A stretch of DNA of 64,000 nucleotides from an uncultured Chloroflexia bacterium (GTDB lineage: Bacteria > Chloroflexota > Limnocylindria > Limnocylindrales > CSP1-4). The stretch covers positions 27,931-91,930 of the forward strand of contig CAWJIC010000084.1 in NCBI GenBank assembly GCA_963842755.1, written 5' to 3'. Both the position numbers and the translations under genes were made by a program. Below the pieces are notes generated by a model. That model was given only the letters and a program-made list of their open reading frames with translations, searched no databases and was not told the DNA's origin. The stretch's first letter is position 1. Every line of letters begins with the position of its first letter. This document shows, in pieces, positions 1 through 9,888 of this stretch.

Positions 1-7
1 ATTCCGC

Positions 8-285
8 ACTTGTTGCGCTGTGGGCAACGCCGCCGCCGCGCGTGCCGTCGGGCCGGGTCTTGTTGCGGGACATCCAACAGAACGGGCTTGGGCGTGCCGT
101 CGCGACGTCTACATGGGCGCTGTCGGGCGGTTCGTTGCACGCTGGGGGCAACTCATCAGTTCCGGGATGGATGAGCGTGACCGGGAGGGGCGGGGAGGGG
201 GCCGGTGGCGGCCGGTGGCGAGGTCGGGCGCCGCGACGAGGGACTCGCCGGGACTCGCCGGTGCTCGCCGGTGCTCGCGCGTCGG
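8..285. repeat. Intergenic repeat cluster: three GTTGC..GCAAC hairpin units, a truncated A-type element and short tandem 10-mers
   Basis: Hairpins sit at 12-28, 62-78 and 134-152. Positions 149-205 (ACTCATCagttccgggatgGATGAGCGTGACCGGG plus a G-run tail) resemble the 3' part of the elements at 17641 and 23031. gccggtggcg, ggactcgccg and gtgctcgccg each occur twice in tandem. Confidence 0.6.
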
Positions 286-298
286 CTAGCATCGCGGC

Positions 299-1353
299 AT
301 GCCTGGCCGGGTCCCGCTGATCATCGACTGCGACACGGGGATCGACGACAGCCTCGCGCTGCTGTACGCCTGCGCGTCCGAGGATGCGGAGATCGTCGCG
401 GTGACGTGCTGCTCGGGGAACGTGGAGGCGCACCAGGTCGCCGAGAACACGCGGGCCGTCCTGGAGCTGGCCGGCCGGCCGGACATCGAGGTCGCCCTGG
501 GCCGCACCGTGCCCCTCGTCCGGCCCCTCGAGATCACGCCCGAGACCCACGGCCCGAAGGGCATCGGCTACGCCGAGCTGCCGCCGCCGAGCCGCCCGCT
601 CAGCCTCCGCCACGGCGCGGACCTCATCGTCGAGGAGGCCCGCCGACGCCCCGGCGAGATCACCCTCGTCACCCTCGGGCCGTTGACCAACGTCGCGGTC
701 GCGCTCCAGCGCGAGCCGCAGCTCCCGGTCCTCCTGCGCCGCCTCGTCGCGATGGGCGGTGCCTTCCGCGTCCCGGGCAACACCACCCCGACGACCGAGT
801 GGAACATCCACTGCGACCCCGAGGCGGCCAGGGCCGTCTTCGACGCCTTCGCGGGCGCCCCGCTGCGCCCGCTCGTCCTCGGCCTCGACGTGACCGAGCA
901 GGCAAGGGTCGGCCCGGACCACGTGGTGCGCCCTCGCCCGGCGAGCCGGCAGCCGCCCGGACGACGCGATCGCCCTGGCCCGCGGCGAGGACCCCCTCCG
1001 CGCGACCGGCAGCGTGGCCGCCAACCCCGTGGTCCGGTTCGTCGCCGACGCCCTGCGCTTCTACATGGAGTTCCACGCCAGCGTACGACGGGTTCTACGG
1101 CGCGTTCATCCACGACCCGCTGGCGCTCGCCGCCGCCCTCGACCCGGGCCTCGTCCGGGCCGAGGCGGTCCACGTCGACGTCGACACTGCCGGCGGCCCG
1201 GCAGACGGCCTGACGATCGCCGACTGGCGCCGCCTGACCGGCAAGCCGCCGAACGCGGACGTTGCGGTGACAGCCGACGCCCAGGAGTTCCTCCGGCGCT
1301 TCATCGAACGCGTCGGAGGGCTGGCGGAACGGCACTCGGACGTGGCACTCTGA
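299..1353 (+). pseudogene. Inosine-uridine preferring nucleoside hydrolase (IUNH family), two frameshifts
   Basis: The N-terminus LIIDCDTGIDDSLAL and the motifs TEWNIHCDPEAA and IHDPLALAAALDP are typical of IUNH. The reading path moves from frame 2 to 0 at about 931 (CCC run) and from 0 to 1 at about 1083. All three pieces are visible in ORFs 299..1213, 1014.. and 205..1353. Confidence 0.85.
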
Positions 1354-1409
1354 CGCCGAAGCGGTTGGAGGGCGGCGCCGGGCGAGGGACCCGGCGTGCA
1401 GGCAACGGC

Positions 1410-2285
1410 ATGGAGGGCTCGATGAACGTGATGAGCTGGGTCACGCGCCAGTTCGATACGCGGACGATCGTCCTGATCCCGATCGCAATTGCGATCAACA
1501 TCGTTCTCGGACAGACGATCGCGTCCGCCCTGAAGGTGCCGATCTACCTTGACTCGATCGGCACGATCCTCGTCGGGTGCCTCGCCGGCCCGATCCCGGG
1601 CCTGCTGACCGGGGCGCTGGCGAACCTCATCTGGCAGTTCGTCCTGCCGGCCCCATTCCACTCGGACTTCGCCGGTCCGTTCTTCATCGTGGCTGCCGAG
1701 ATCGGCCTTCTCGCCGGGATCTTCGGCCGGATGGGCTTCTTCCGCAGCCGGCCGAACTCGTCGAACGCCCAGCTCATCACCGGAGGGATCGTGGCCGCGG
1801 TGATCCTCGGGGTGGTCATCTTCTACGGCGTCCTGCCGTTCTACGCAACGGGCGGGTTCACGTTCTTCGGGGACACGAAGGACGTATCACCGGTCTTCGT
1901 CGTGCTCGGCTACGTGGTCGGCGCAGGATTGATCGCGGCCGCCATCGGCTTCTTCGTCATGCTGTTCATCAAGCGCGACCTGGGGGTCGCGTACATCGTC
2001 ATCGGCGGGGTGGTCTGCGGTGTGATCTCGGCGCTGATCTCGGCGCCGATCTCGGCCGTCGTCTTCGGTGGAGTCACCGGCTCCGGGACGGATGTCCTCG
2101 TCGCCGCGTTCCAGCAGGCCGGCTCCGATCTCCAGACGGCCGTTCTCCAGCAGGGGCTCCTATCCGACCCGATCGACAAGACGATCACCTACTTCGTCGT
2201 CTTCCTCCTCCTCCAGACGCTCTCGCGCCGCTTCGTCGCACGGTTCCCGCAGGGCGAGCAGGCGATCGGGCTGGAGGGCGCATAG
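1410..2285 (+). CDS. ECF transporter substrate-specific (S) component, unusually long (291 aa)
   Basis: Multi-pass hydrophobic protein starting MEGSMNVMSWVTRQFDTRTIVLIPIAIAINIVLG. It sits directly upstream of EcfT and two EcfA genes. Confidence 0.75.
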   Translation: MEGSMNVMSWVTRQFDTRTIVLIPIAIAINIVLGQTIASALKVPIYLDSIGTILVGCLAGPIPGLLTGALANLIWQFVLPAPFHSDFAGPFFIVAAEIGLLAGIFGRMGFFRSRPNSSNAQLITGGIVAAVILGVVIFYGVLPFYATGGFTFFGDTKDVSPVFVVLGYVVGAGLIAAAIGFFVMLFIKRDLGVAYIVIGGVVCGVISALISAPISAVVFGGVTGSGTDVLVAAFQQAGSDLQTAVLQQGLLSDPIDKTITYFVVFLLLQTLSRRFVARFPQGEQAIGLEGA

Positions 2286-2317
2286 GCAGCACGTCCGGCG
2301 ACGTCGACCGCGTCACG

Positions 2318-3166
2318 ATGTCGTCGGAGGCCACCGAGCCACCGGCGACACGGCCCGGCATCTCGAACGAAGATGCCGCCCTCCTCGCCCGACTCACCCC
2401 GCCCACACCGAGCCCGTACCACCGGCTCAACCCGCTGACGAAAGTCGTCGCGGCGATCGTCGAGTCGCTCGGGTCGTTCGTCGTCGGCGGCTACGTCGGG
2501 CCGCTCCTGATCATCGGCGTGGCGATCCTCCCGAGCGCGGCGATCGCCGGCGTCGCCCGGCAGCTCGTCCGGATCTCGTTCCTGCTGACCCTGCCGATCG
2601 CCATCTCGGTCGTGCTCGTCAGCGTGTTCACCCGGGCCGGGACCCACGTTCTGTTCACGATCGGCCCGTTCGATGCCACGGCCGAGGGCGTCGACTTCGC
2701 CGCTCAGATCCTCGTCCGGCTGTTCGCGATCTCGACGGCGATCGGCCTGTTCGGGCTGACGACGCACCCACGCGCCCTCGTCCACGACCTGGAGCGGCGC
2801 GGCGTCTCGCCCCGCTTCGCGTTCGTCGCGAACGCAACGATCGAGGCGGTCCCGACGATGGTCGAGCGTGCCGGTGTGATCCAGGCGGCCCAGCGTGCCC
2901 GCGGCCTCGACACGGAGGGCAGCCTGCGCGCCCGCCTCCGCGGCGTGATGCCACTCGTCGGCCCGGTCATCATGTCGTCACTGACCGAGGTCGAGGAACG
3001 CAGCCTCGCCCTCGAGGTCCGCGGCTTTGGCCGGCCGGGCCGGCGGTACCTCCTCTGGGCGCCTCCCGACCGCGCGGCCGAGCGGGTTGCGCGTTGGGCG
3101 ATGGTCGCGGCCTTCGTGGCGGCGGTGGCGATGCGCCTCACCGGCACGTTCCCCGCGATCCCCTGA
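2318..3166 (+). CDS. ecfT: ECF transporter transmembrane (T) component, CbiQ/EcfT family
   Basis: Hydrophobic protein with the C-terminal EcfT-type coupling region (ERAGVIQAAQRARG ... EERSLALEVRGFG). ATG at 2318 lies inside ORF 1577..3166. Confidence 0.8.
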   Translation: MSSEATEPPATRPGISNEDAALLARLTPPTPSPYHRLNPLTKVVAAIVESLGSFVVGGYVGPLLIIGVAILPSAAIAGVARQLVRISFLLTLPIAISVVLVSVFTRAGTHVLFTIGPFDATAEGVDFAAQILVRLFAISTAIGLFGLTTHPRALVHDLERRGVSPRFAFVANATIEAVPTMVERAGVIQAAQRARGLDTEGSLRARLRGVMPLVGPVIMSSLTEVEERSLALEVRGFGRPGRRYLLWAPPDRAAERVARWAMVAAFVAAVAMRLTGTFPAIP

Positions 3167-3176
3167 GGCCCGTGAG

Positions 3177-3974
3177 ATGCTCGAGCTGAACGGCGTCACC
3201 TATCGCTACGCCGGCTACGCGAAGCCGGTCCTCCACGACGTGGACCTCGTCCTCGGGGACGGAGAGATCGTTGGGCTCGTCGGCCCGAACGAGGCGGGCA
3301 AGTCGACGATCTGCCTCGTCGCATGCGGCCTCGCCCCGGCCTCGATCGGCGGGCGGCTCACCGGCACCCTCACGATCGACGGCGATCCGATGATCGGACG
3401 GCCGATCCACGAGCTCTCCCAGCGAGTCGCGGTCGGATTCCAGAACCCGGCCACCCAGCTGTCCGGCGTGGCGGGTTCCGTGTTCGAGGAGGTCGCCCTC
3501 GGGCCGATGAACCTGGGGCTGAGCGTGGCCGAGACCGTGGAGCGGACCCACGCGGCGCTCCGGATGCTCCGGATCGAGGATCTCGCCGAGCGCCAGCCAA
3601 CACGCCTGTCCGGCGGCCAGGGTCAGCTGGTCGCCATCGCGTCGCTCATCGCGATGCGCCCCCGCCACGTCCTCCTCGACGAGCCGACGGCCCAGCTCGA
3701 CCCGGAGGGGACTCGGCTCGTGGGCGAGGCGCTTCGGACGCTCGCTGCGACTGGGACGGCACTCCTCGTCGTGGAGCACAAGACGGACCTTCTCGATGGG
3801 CTGTGCGACCGGGTGGCCGTCGTGGACGGCGGGCGGATCGTGCTCGATGGCCCGGCCGCGGCGGTGTTCGCAGATCGGCGGCTCGAGGAGCTCGGCGTCG
3901 CGCCACCGTCGCGGATCCGGCTCGCCAGGGCGCTCGAGGCGCGCGGACTCGACCCCGCGCGGATGCTCACGTGA
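3177..3974 (+). CDS. ecfA: ECF transporter ATPase component 1
   Basis: Walker A GPNEAGKST, signature LSGGQGQ and Walker B LLDEPT are present. Confidence 0.9.
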   Translation: MLELNGVTYRYAGYAKPVLHDVDLVLGDGEIVGLVGPNEAGKSTICLVACGLAPASIGGRLTGTLTIDGDPMIGRPIHELSQRVAVGFQNPATQLSGVAGSVFEEVALGPMNLGLSVAETVERTHAALRMLRIEDLAERQPTRLSGGQGQLVAIASLIAMRPRHVLLDEPTAQLDPEGTRLVGEALRTLAATGTALLVVEHKTDLLDGLCDRVAVVDGGRIVLDGPAAAVFADRRLEELGVAPPSRIRLARALEARGLDPARMLT

Positions 3975-4835
3975 CGCGCGAGAGCAGCGCCGCGGTGACC
4001 GTGAACGTGGGCGTGGGCGGCCCGGCGCCGGCGGTCGAGCTCACCGGGCTCGTCCACGTCTACCCGGATGGGACCCGCGCGCTTGACGGCGTCGATCTCG
4101 TCGTCCCGGCCGGCGAACGACTCGCGATCGTGGGCCAGAACGGGAGTGGGAAGTCGACCCTCGTCCGCCACCTGGATGGGCTCCTCCGGCCGACCCAGGG
4201 CCGCGTCCTCGTCGGTGGGGTCGATGCGCGGGAGCTCAAGGTCGCCGAGTTGGCGGCCCGGGTCGGGCTCGTCTTCCAGGACCCGGATCGGCAGATCTTC
4301 GCCGGGCGAGTCCGCGCGGAGGTCGCATTCGGGCCACGGAACCTCGGGCAACGCGGGCCCGCGCTCGACCGGGCGGTGGCGGCGGCCCTCGAGTGCAACC
4401 GGTCTCACCGAGCACGCCGACACGAACCCATACGATCTGGGCTTCTCGCGCCGGAAGCTGCTCGCGCTCGCCTCGATCCTGGCGATGGAGACGCCGATCG
4501 TCGTCCTCGACGAACCGACGACCGGCCAGGACGCCCGGGGGGTCGCTCGGATCCAGCAGGTCGTCGCGGATCTCGCGGCCTCCGGCCGGACGGTCATCGC
4601 GATCAGCCACGACATGCGCTTCGTCGCCGAGTCGTTCGAGCGGGTCGTCGTCATGCGGGTGGGTCGGGTCGTCCTCGACGGGACGCCGGCTGCGGTCTTC
4701 GCCGAGTCGAGCTGGCCGACACTCGCAGCAACGAACCTCGAGCCGCCATTCGCGGCCCGGACCGGCGCTCGGCTCGGGCTCGGCTCGACTCCGACTGACG
4801 TCGTCCTCGCGGAGACGCTTGCCGCGCGCGCCTGA
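3971..4835 (+). pseudogene. ecfA: ECF transporter ATPase component 2, one frameshift
   Basis: Walker A GQNGSGKST lies in ORF 3323..4798, and Walker B VLDEPTTGQD lies in ORF 4068..4835. An extra T at about 4394 (GAG-t-GCA ACC) joins ...AAALE to ATGLTEH. The GTG start overlaps the upstream stop (GTGA). Confidence 0.85.
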
Positions 4836-4890
4836 CCCCCCGCCGTGCTCGTCGAGACACTTGGCAGGGCGCGGTAGGCTTCTCATCGTT

Positions 4891-4906
4891 CGGGCCGTTC
4901 GGCCCG
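4891..4906 (+). terminator. Possible stem-loop after the ECF operon
   Basis: CGGGCC-gttc-GGCCCG hairpin about 55 nt after the ecfA2 stop. There is no U tract. Confidence 0.3.
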
Positions 4907-4957
4907 TGCCACCGAAACCGCCCGGTCGGACGATGAGGGCACAAAGGAGGCTGCCCG

Positions 4958-5902
4958 ATGCGCGTCCTGCTCGCGATCGACGGTTCCATGTCATCCAACC
5001 GGGCCCGCGACCTCGTCGCCGGACTGCCGTGGCCGCAGGGCTCGCTGATCCGCGTCGTCGGCGTGCTCGAGCGCGGCCCGGAGCTGTTCGGCCTGCCCTG
5101 GGTCCCGGTCATCCCCGAGAACGCCGCCGCGATCGAGGCGGACCTGGTCACCCAGATGAAGAACGCGCTGGAGGCGGCCGCGCGGGAGATCGACCGGCCC
5201 GGCCTGACGGTCGACCAGCTGCTCCTGCGCGACCACGCCGCGCGCGCCATCATCGACCAGGCGCGCGAGTTCGGCGCGGAGCTCATCGTCATCGGCTCCC
5301 GCGGCCACTCGACGATGGAGACGATGCTCCTCGGATCGACGTCCGCCGAGGTCGTCGATCACGCGCCGTGCCCGGTCCTCGTCGCCCGCCAACCGCAGAT
5401 CGGCTCGATCATCCTCGCCGAGGACGGCTCGGCCGGGGCGCAGGGGGCCGCCGCGTGCATCGAGAGCTGGCCGATCCTGGCCGGCATCCCGGTCACGGTC
5501 GTGAGCGTGGCCGAGGTCGCCATCCCGTGGGCCGGCGGCACGCCCGGCATCTACGAGCAGGTGCTGGAGTCGTACACCGAGTCGGTCGACGAGGCCCGGC
5601 GCGAGTTCCACGAGATCGCCCGTCGACGGGCGGAGGCGCTCGCGCAGGGCGGGCGACCGGTCCAGCTGGAGGTGCGCGAGGGCGACGCGGCAGCGGAGAT
5701 CATCGCGGCCGCCGGCGAGGGCAAGACCGACCTGATCGTCATCGGCACCCGCGGTCACACCGGCCTGACCCGGATGCTCCTCGGCAGCGTCGCCCGCAAG
5801 GTCCTGGTCCACGCCCCGTGCTCCGTCCTCGTCGTGCGCGAGGGCGTGGCGGCCGGGCACAGGGATGCCGCGACCGCCGAGACGAGCATCACCGCCGGAT
5901 GA
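4958..5902 (+). CDS. Universal stress protein, tandem USP domains
   Basis: Two USP-like halves each end in G-SRG-H...LLGS...V..HAPCPVLV. AAAGGAGG sits 8 nt upstream of the ATG. Confidence 0.9.
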   Translation: MRVLLAIDGSMSSNRARDLVAGLPWPQGSLIRVVGVLERGPELFGLPWVPVIPENAAAIEADLVTQMKNALEAAAREIDRPGLTVDQLLLRDHAARAIIDQAREFGAELIVIGSRGHSTMETMLLGSTSAEVVDHAPCPVLVARQPQIGSIILAEDGSAGAQGAAACIESWPILAGIPVTVVSVAEVAIPWAGGTPGIYEQVLESYTESVDEARREFHEIARRRAEALAQGGRPVQLEVREGDAAAEIIAAAGEGKTDLIVIGTRGHTGLTRMLLGSVARKVLVHAPCSVLVVREGVAAGHRDAATAETSITAG

Positions 5903-5917
5903 TCCGGCGCGCGTTCG

Positions 5918-6393
5918 CTAGACGGAGAGCTCGACCGCGAAGACCTGGCCGTCGACGATCCGCCAGGCGCGGACGCCGGGCTCGCCGGTGACGGGGTCTG
6001 CCTCCGCGTCGGCCAGCGAGACGAGGAGGTAGAGCGCGTCCGGGTAGAAGGCCAGGCCGATGTCGGTCGGGGACGGCCGCGCGGCTGACCGGACGTGGGA
6101 GTGGACGATGCCCCAGATCGCTTCGTCGGCGTCGTCCGTCTCGAGAGTGACCCGCAGGAGGTCGGCGGGGTCGATCTCGTAGCGGTATGGCGACGCGGCC
6201 ACGTTGCGCGCGGTCTCGTAGCGGAGCGCGCTCCCCCCTCCGCGGCCGGCGCCGACCCGACGATCAGTCCGCAAGCCTCGTTGGGGTACTCGCGCCGGGC
6301 CTGGGCCACGATCGCGGCGCGGATCGCCTCGGGAAGCGACGCTCGGCTCGGACCGGGTTGGCTCGGAGCTGCGGTTGGACCCTCGGGGGGCAT
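5918..6393 (-). pseudogene. mec: JAMM/MPN+ metalloprotease Mec (CysO-cysteine hydrolase family), one frameshift
   Basis: N-terminal YPNEACGLIVG lies in the frame of ORF 5755..7770. The JAMM motif HSHVRSAARPSPTD lies in ORF 5918..6274. The junction is at the C6 run 6233-6238 (one G missing on the coding strand). Confidence 0.85.
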
Positions 6394-6429
6394 GTCCCCA
6401 TCCGTGATGCGAGTCGGCCCATCATCCGC

Positions 6430-6554
6430 GGTGGGCGCGATGGGCGCGGTGGGGGCGATGGGCCGAGTCGCATCGCCGGCGGCGGGTCCCCCGGCCGGGG
6501 CGGCCTGGCCGACCAGGTCTTCGGTGGGCGCGATGGGCCGAGTCGCATCGCCGG
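6430..6554. repeat. REP-like direct repeat pair between cysM and mec
   Basis: GGTGGGCGCGATGGGCCGAGTCGCATCGCCGG occurs at 6523-6554, and an expanded copy occurs at 6430-6478. Each contains a GCGATG..CATCGC palindrome. Confidence 0.7.
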
Positions 6555-6557
6555 TGC

Positions 6558-7529
6558 TCACCACCAGCTGACTCCGCCCTCGAGGTCCGCCTCCATCTCG
6601 TCGAGGTCGCGCGAGAACGTACCGGCGGACAGGTACTTCCAGCCGCCGTCGGGCAGCAGCACGACGATCGTGCCGCGATCCATGGACGCCGCCACCCGGG
6701 CCGCCGCGACGAGCACGGCCCCGCACGACGGCCCGGCGAAGATCCCCTCGCGGAAGACGAGCTCGCGCAGCGCGGCCACGGCATCGCGGTTGGAGACCAG
6801 GAACTTCCCGTCGAGCAGGCTCGGTTCGAAGATCTCCGGCACGAACCCCTCGTCGAGCGAGCGCAGCCCCTGGACGTTCTCCCCGGGCAGCGGCTCGGCG
6901 GCATACACGCGGACCCCCGGCTTCGCCCGGCGCATGAACCGCGACACGCCCATCAGCGTCCCGCCCGTCCCGAGCCCGGCGACGAACGCGTCGATCTCCG
7001 GGCAGTCGGCCAGGATCTCCGGCCCGGTCGTCTCCTCGTGGGCGCGCGGGTTCGCCGGGTTGCCGTACTGGTAGGGCATGACGAACCGCTCGTCCTTGGA
7101 GACGAGGTGCTTGGCCAGCGCGATCGCCCCGTTCGAGCCGAGCGCCCCCGGCGAGTCGATCACCTCCGCCCCGAACAGGGCGGCCATCTGGCGCCGCTCC
7201 ATCGTGACGTTGTCCGGCATGACCAGGGCCACCCGGTAGCCCTTCCGCCGACCGATCATGGCCAGGGCGATCCCGGTGTTGCCTGACGTCGGCTCGAGGA
7301 TGATCGAATCGGCGTGGAGCCGCCCCGACGCCTCGAGGTCCTCCACGAGGGCCTTGGCCACGCGGTCCTTGACCGAACCGGTCGGGTTGTACATCTCGAG
7401 CTTGGCGAAGATCCGGACCTCCGGCTTGGGCGACATCCGCGGGATCTCGACCAGCGGCGTGTGGCCGATCGCTTCGAGGATGCTCGAGAACCGTCCACCG
7501 TGGCGGGGCAGCTCGTCGTGGTCGTGCAC
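6558..7529 (-). CDS. cysM: Cysteine synthase B-type (CysM, PLP-dependent, CysO-thiocarboxylate dependent type)
   Basis: Intact 323 aa ORF with the PLP lysine region NPTGSVKDR and motifs SGNTG and GTGGT. It is clustered with cysO and mec. Confidence 0.92.
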   Translation of the reverse strand: MHDHDELPRHGGRFSSILEAIGHTPLVEIPRMSPKPEVRIFAKLEMYNPTGSVKDRVAKALVEDLEASGRLHADSIILEPTSGNTGIALAMIGRRKGYRVALVMPDNVTMERRQMAALFGAEVIDSPGALGSNGAIALAKHLVSKDERFVMPYQYGNPANPRAHEETTGPEILADCPEIDAFVAGLGTGGTLMGVSRFMRRAKPGVRVYAAEPLPGENVQGLRSLDEGFVPEIFEPSLLDGKFLVSNRDAVAALRELVFREGIFAGPSCGAVLVAAARVAASMDRGTIVVLLPDGGWKYLSAGTFSRDLDEMEADLEGGVSWW

Positions 7530-7530
7530 G

Positions 7531-7700
7531 TGCGGGTGCGCGGGGTCGGGCGGGGCGCGGGGTCGGGCGGGTGCGCGGGGTCGGGCGGGAGCGCGGAGTC
7601 CTCGCGGTGCGAATGACCCGGCGCGCCCGGCGGGCTCGCGGGGCTCGCGGGGCTCGCGGGGCTCGCGGGGCTCGGGCGCGGGGCCCGAGCGCTCGGACGG
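7531..7700. repeat. G-rich tandem repeats in the cysO-cysM spacer
   Basis: About three copies of GTGCGCGGGGTCGGGCGGG are followed by GGGGCTCGC x4-5 (7631-7675). Confidence 0.7.
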
Positions 7701-7711
7701 CGCTCATGGTC

Positions 7712-8052
7712 TCAGCTCCCCTGGTGGCTCGAGCCGCCGGCCCACTGCCCCGCCGGCCCACCTGGCCCACCGACCCCGTCTGCCCCGCCGGCCATCGCCG
7801 GCAGGATGATCAGCGCGTCGCGCGGATCGACCGGGGTGGCCCGCTCCTGGAGGTAGCGGACGTCCTGGTCGTTGAGGTAGACGTTGACGAAGCGGTTCAG
7901 CTCGCCGTCCGGGGTGAACAGCTGGCCGCGCAACCCCGGGTGGGCGCGACGAGCGCCTCGAGGAGCTCGCCGACGGTCGACCCGTCGACCTCGACCTGCT
8001 TCAGCCCGCCGACGCTGGGGCGAAGGACCGGCGGGATCCGGACGACACTCAC
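7712..8052 (-). pseudogene. cysO: Sulfur-carrier protein CysO (ThiS/MoaD fold), one frameshift and a 23-aa tail after GG
   Basis: N-terminal VSVVRIPPVLRPSVGGLKQVEVDGSTVGELLEALVA lies in ORF 7897..8079. C-terminal HPGLRGQLF...ALIILPAMAGG lies in the frame of ORF 7712..8872. The junction is at about 7945. The ORF continues ADGVGGPGGPAGQWAGGSSHQGS after the GG. Confidence 0.8.
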
Positions 8053-9308
8053 GACGTCCCCCCGTCGAGCCGAGCCCACCGCCGAGGCCGGGCCCGCCGA
8101 GCGCGAACGTGCCGCCCTCGCCGACCCCGGCGACGGCGAGCGGCCGGCCGGCCGCGCGGGCCTCGACGGCGGCCTCCGAGCAGACCGGGCAGCCCGGATC
8201 GCGCCGGAGCTTCAGCTCGGTGAACGACGCGTCGAGGGCGTCGAACAGGAGGAGCCGGCCGGCCAGCGAATCGCCGATCCCGAGGATGAGCTTGATCGCC
8301 TCGTTCGCCTGGAGCAGGCCCATGATCCCGGGCACGACGCCCAGGACGCCGGCCACCGAGCAGCCCGGCGCGAGCTCCGGCGGCGGCGGCGTCGGGTAGA
8401 GGCAGCGGTAGCACGGGCCCTGGTACGGCTTGAACACCGTCAGCTGGCCCTCGAAGCGGAAGACGCTGGCGTGCACGACCGGGATCCCGGCCGCGATCGC
8501 GGCGTCATTCAGGAGGTAGCGCGTCTCGAACGTGTCGGTCCCGTCGACGATGACGTCGTAGCCGCCGATGATCCGCTCCACGTTGCCGGCGACGAGCATC
8601 TCCTCGTGGCCGACGACGCGGACCTCCGGGTTCAGCGCGTTGATCGCCCGCCGGGCGGACTCGACCTTCTTCTGGCCGACCATGTCGCTGGTGTGGATGA
8701 CCTGGCGCTGGAGGTTGGACAGGTCGACCACGTCGAAGTCGACGATGCCGATCGTCCCGACGCCGGCCGCCGCGAGGTAGAGCATGGCCGGCGAGCCGAG
8801 CCCGCCCGCGCCGATGAACAGCGCCTTCGCGTCGAGCAGCCTGGCCTGGCCCTCGGCGCCGACCTCGGGCATCAGCAGGTGGCGGCTGTAGCGCTGCTTC
8901 TGCTCGGCCGACAGGACGGTCGAGGTCGACCCACGGGAGGCCCTGGCTCTTCCACTGCTGGAAGCCGCCGGCCATCACGGACACGTCCGCGTAGCCCATG
9001 TCGTGCAGCGCCCGACCGGCGAGATAGGCCCGCACGGTGCCGGAGCAGTACAGGACGATCCGGCGGGCGCGCTCCGGGATCTCCGCCTCGATCGCCTGCT
9101 CGAGGTAGCTCCGCGCGATGTGGATCGCGCCGGGGATGTGGCCCCACTCCCACTCCTCCTCCTCGCGGACGTCGACGATCGCGACGGCCGGGGCGGCTGG
9201 GGCGGCGGGCGAGGCCTTGCGCAGGAGATCGACCTCGGGCGGGCTGACCTCGGGGATCTCCGCGCGGGCCTCGCGGATGAGGTCGGAAACGGACTTGGGG
9301 TTCGGCAT
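8049..9308 (-). pseudogene. moeZ: Rhodanese-MoeB/ThiF-type adenylyltransferase-sulfurtransferase (MoeZ-like, rhodanese N-terminal), two frameshifts
   Basis: A rhodanese domain (VDVREEEEWEWGHIPGAIHI, LYCSGTVRA) lies in ORF 8505..9308. The E1 domain (SAEQKQRYSRHLLMPEVG, GAGGLGS, CYRCLYP, CPVC) lies in ORF 7712..8872. Shifts are at about 8925 and at the C6 run 8058-8063. The corrected stop at 8049 overlaps the cysO GTG. Confidence 0.85.
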
Positions 9309-9447
9309 GGCGGCTGGAGCGACTCCGATGGGGTCGACGGGCTGTCGCGGGACGACAGGGCGGGGTACGGACGGTCGGGAGGGTGACGGTGCCGGCGTCA
9401 GGCCGGCGCGCTACACCTGCAGCGGCCCAGGGGATTCGGCCGGGGCA

Positions 9448-9846
<399 letters not shown>

Positions 9847-9888
9847 TCTAGGTTGAGGCGACGGGAAGGGTATCGAGGAAGCGGGCGA

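Noticed and set aside
5755-7770. Very long Arg/Pro/Gly-rich ORFs, including 5755..7770(-), 21357..23057(-), 27225..29546(-), 35617..37311(-), 43535..45286(-), the 5' part of 44665..47532(+), 8049..8414(-) and 16079..17575(+)
   Set aside because: They run antisense to, or out of frame with, genes that have clear family motifs. Their composition is the typical shadow-ORF bias of ~72% GC DNA (few stops in any frame). None shows a recognisable domain.
7712-8872. Apparent natural fusion of the MoeB-like E1 enzyme with the C-terminal half of CysO in one 386-aa ORF
   Set aside because: The CysO N-terminal half is in a different frame (7897..8079). Adding one base to the C6 run at 8058-8063 gives MoeB a stop at 8049 that overlaps the cysO GTG in the GTGA pattern common in this window. 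The fusion is an indel artefact.
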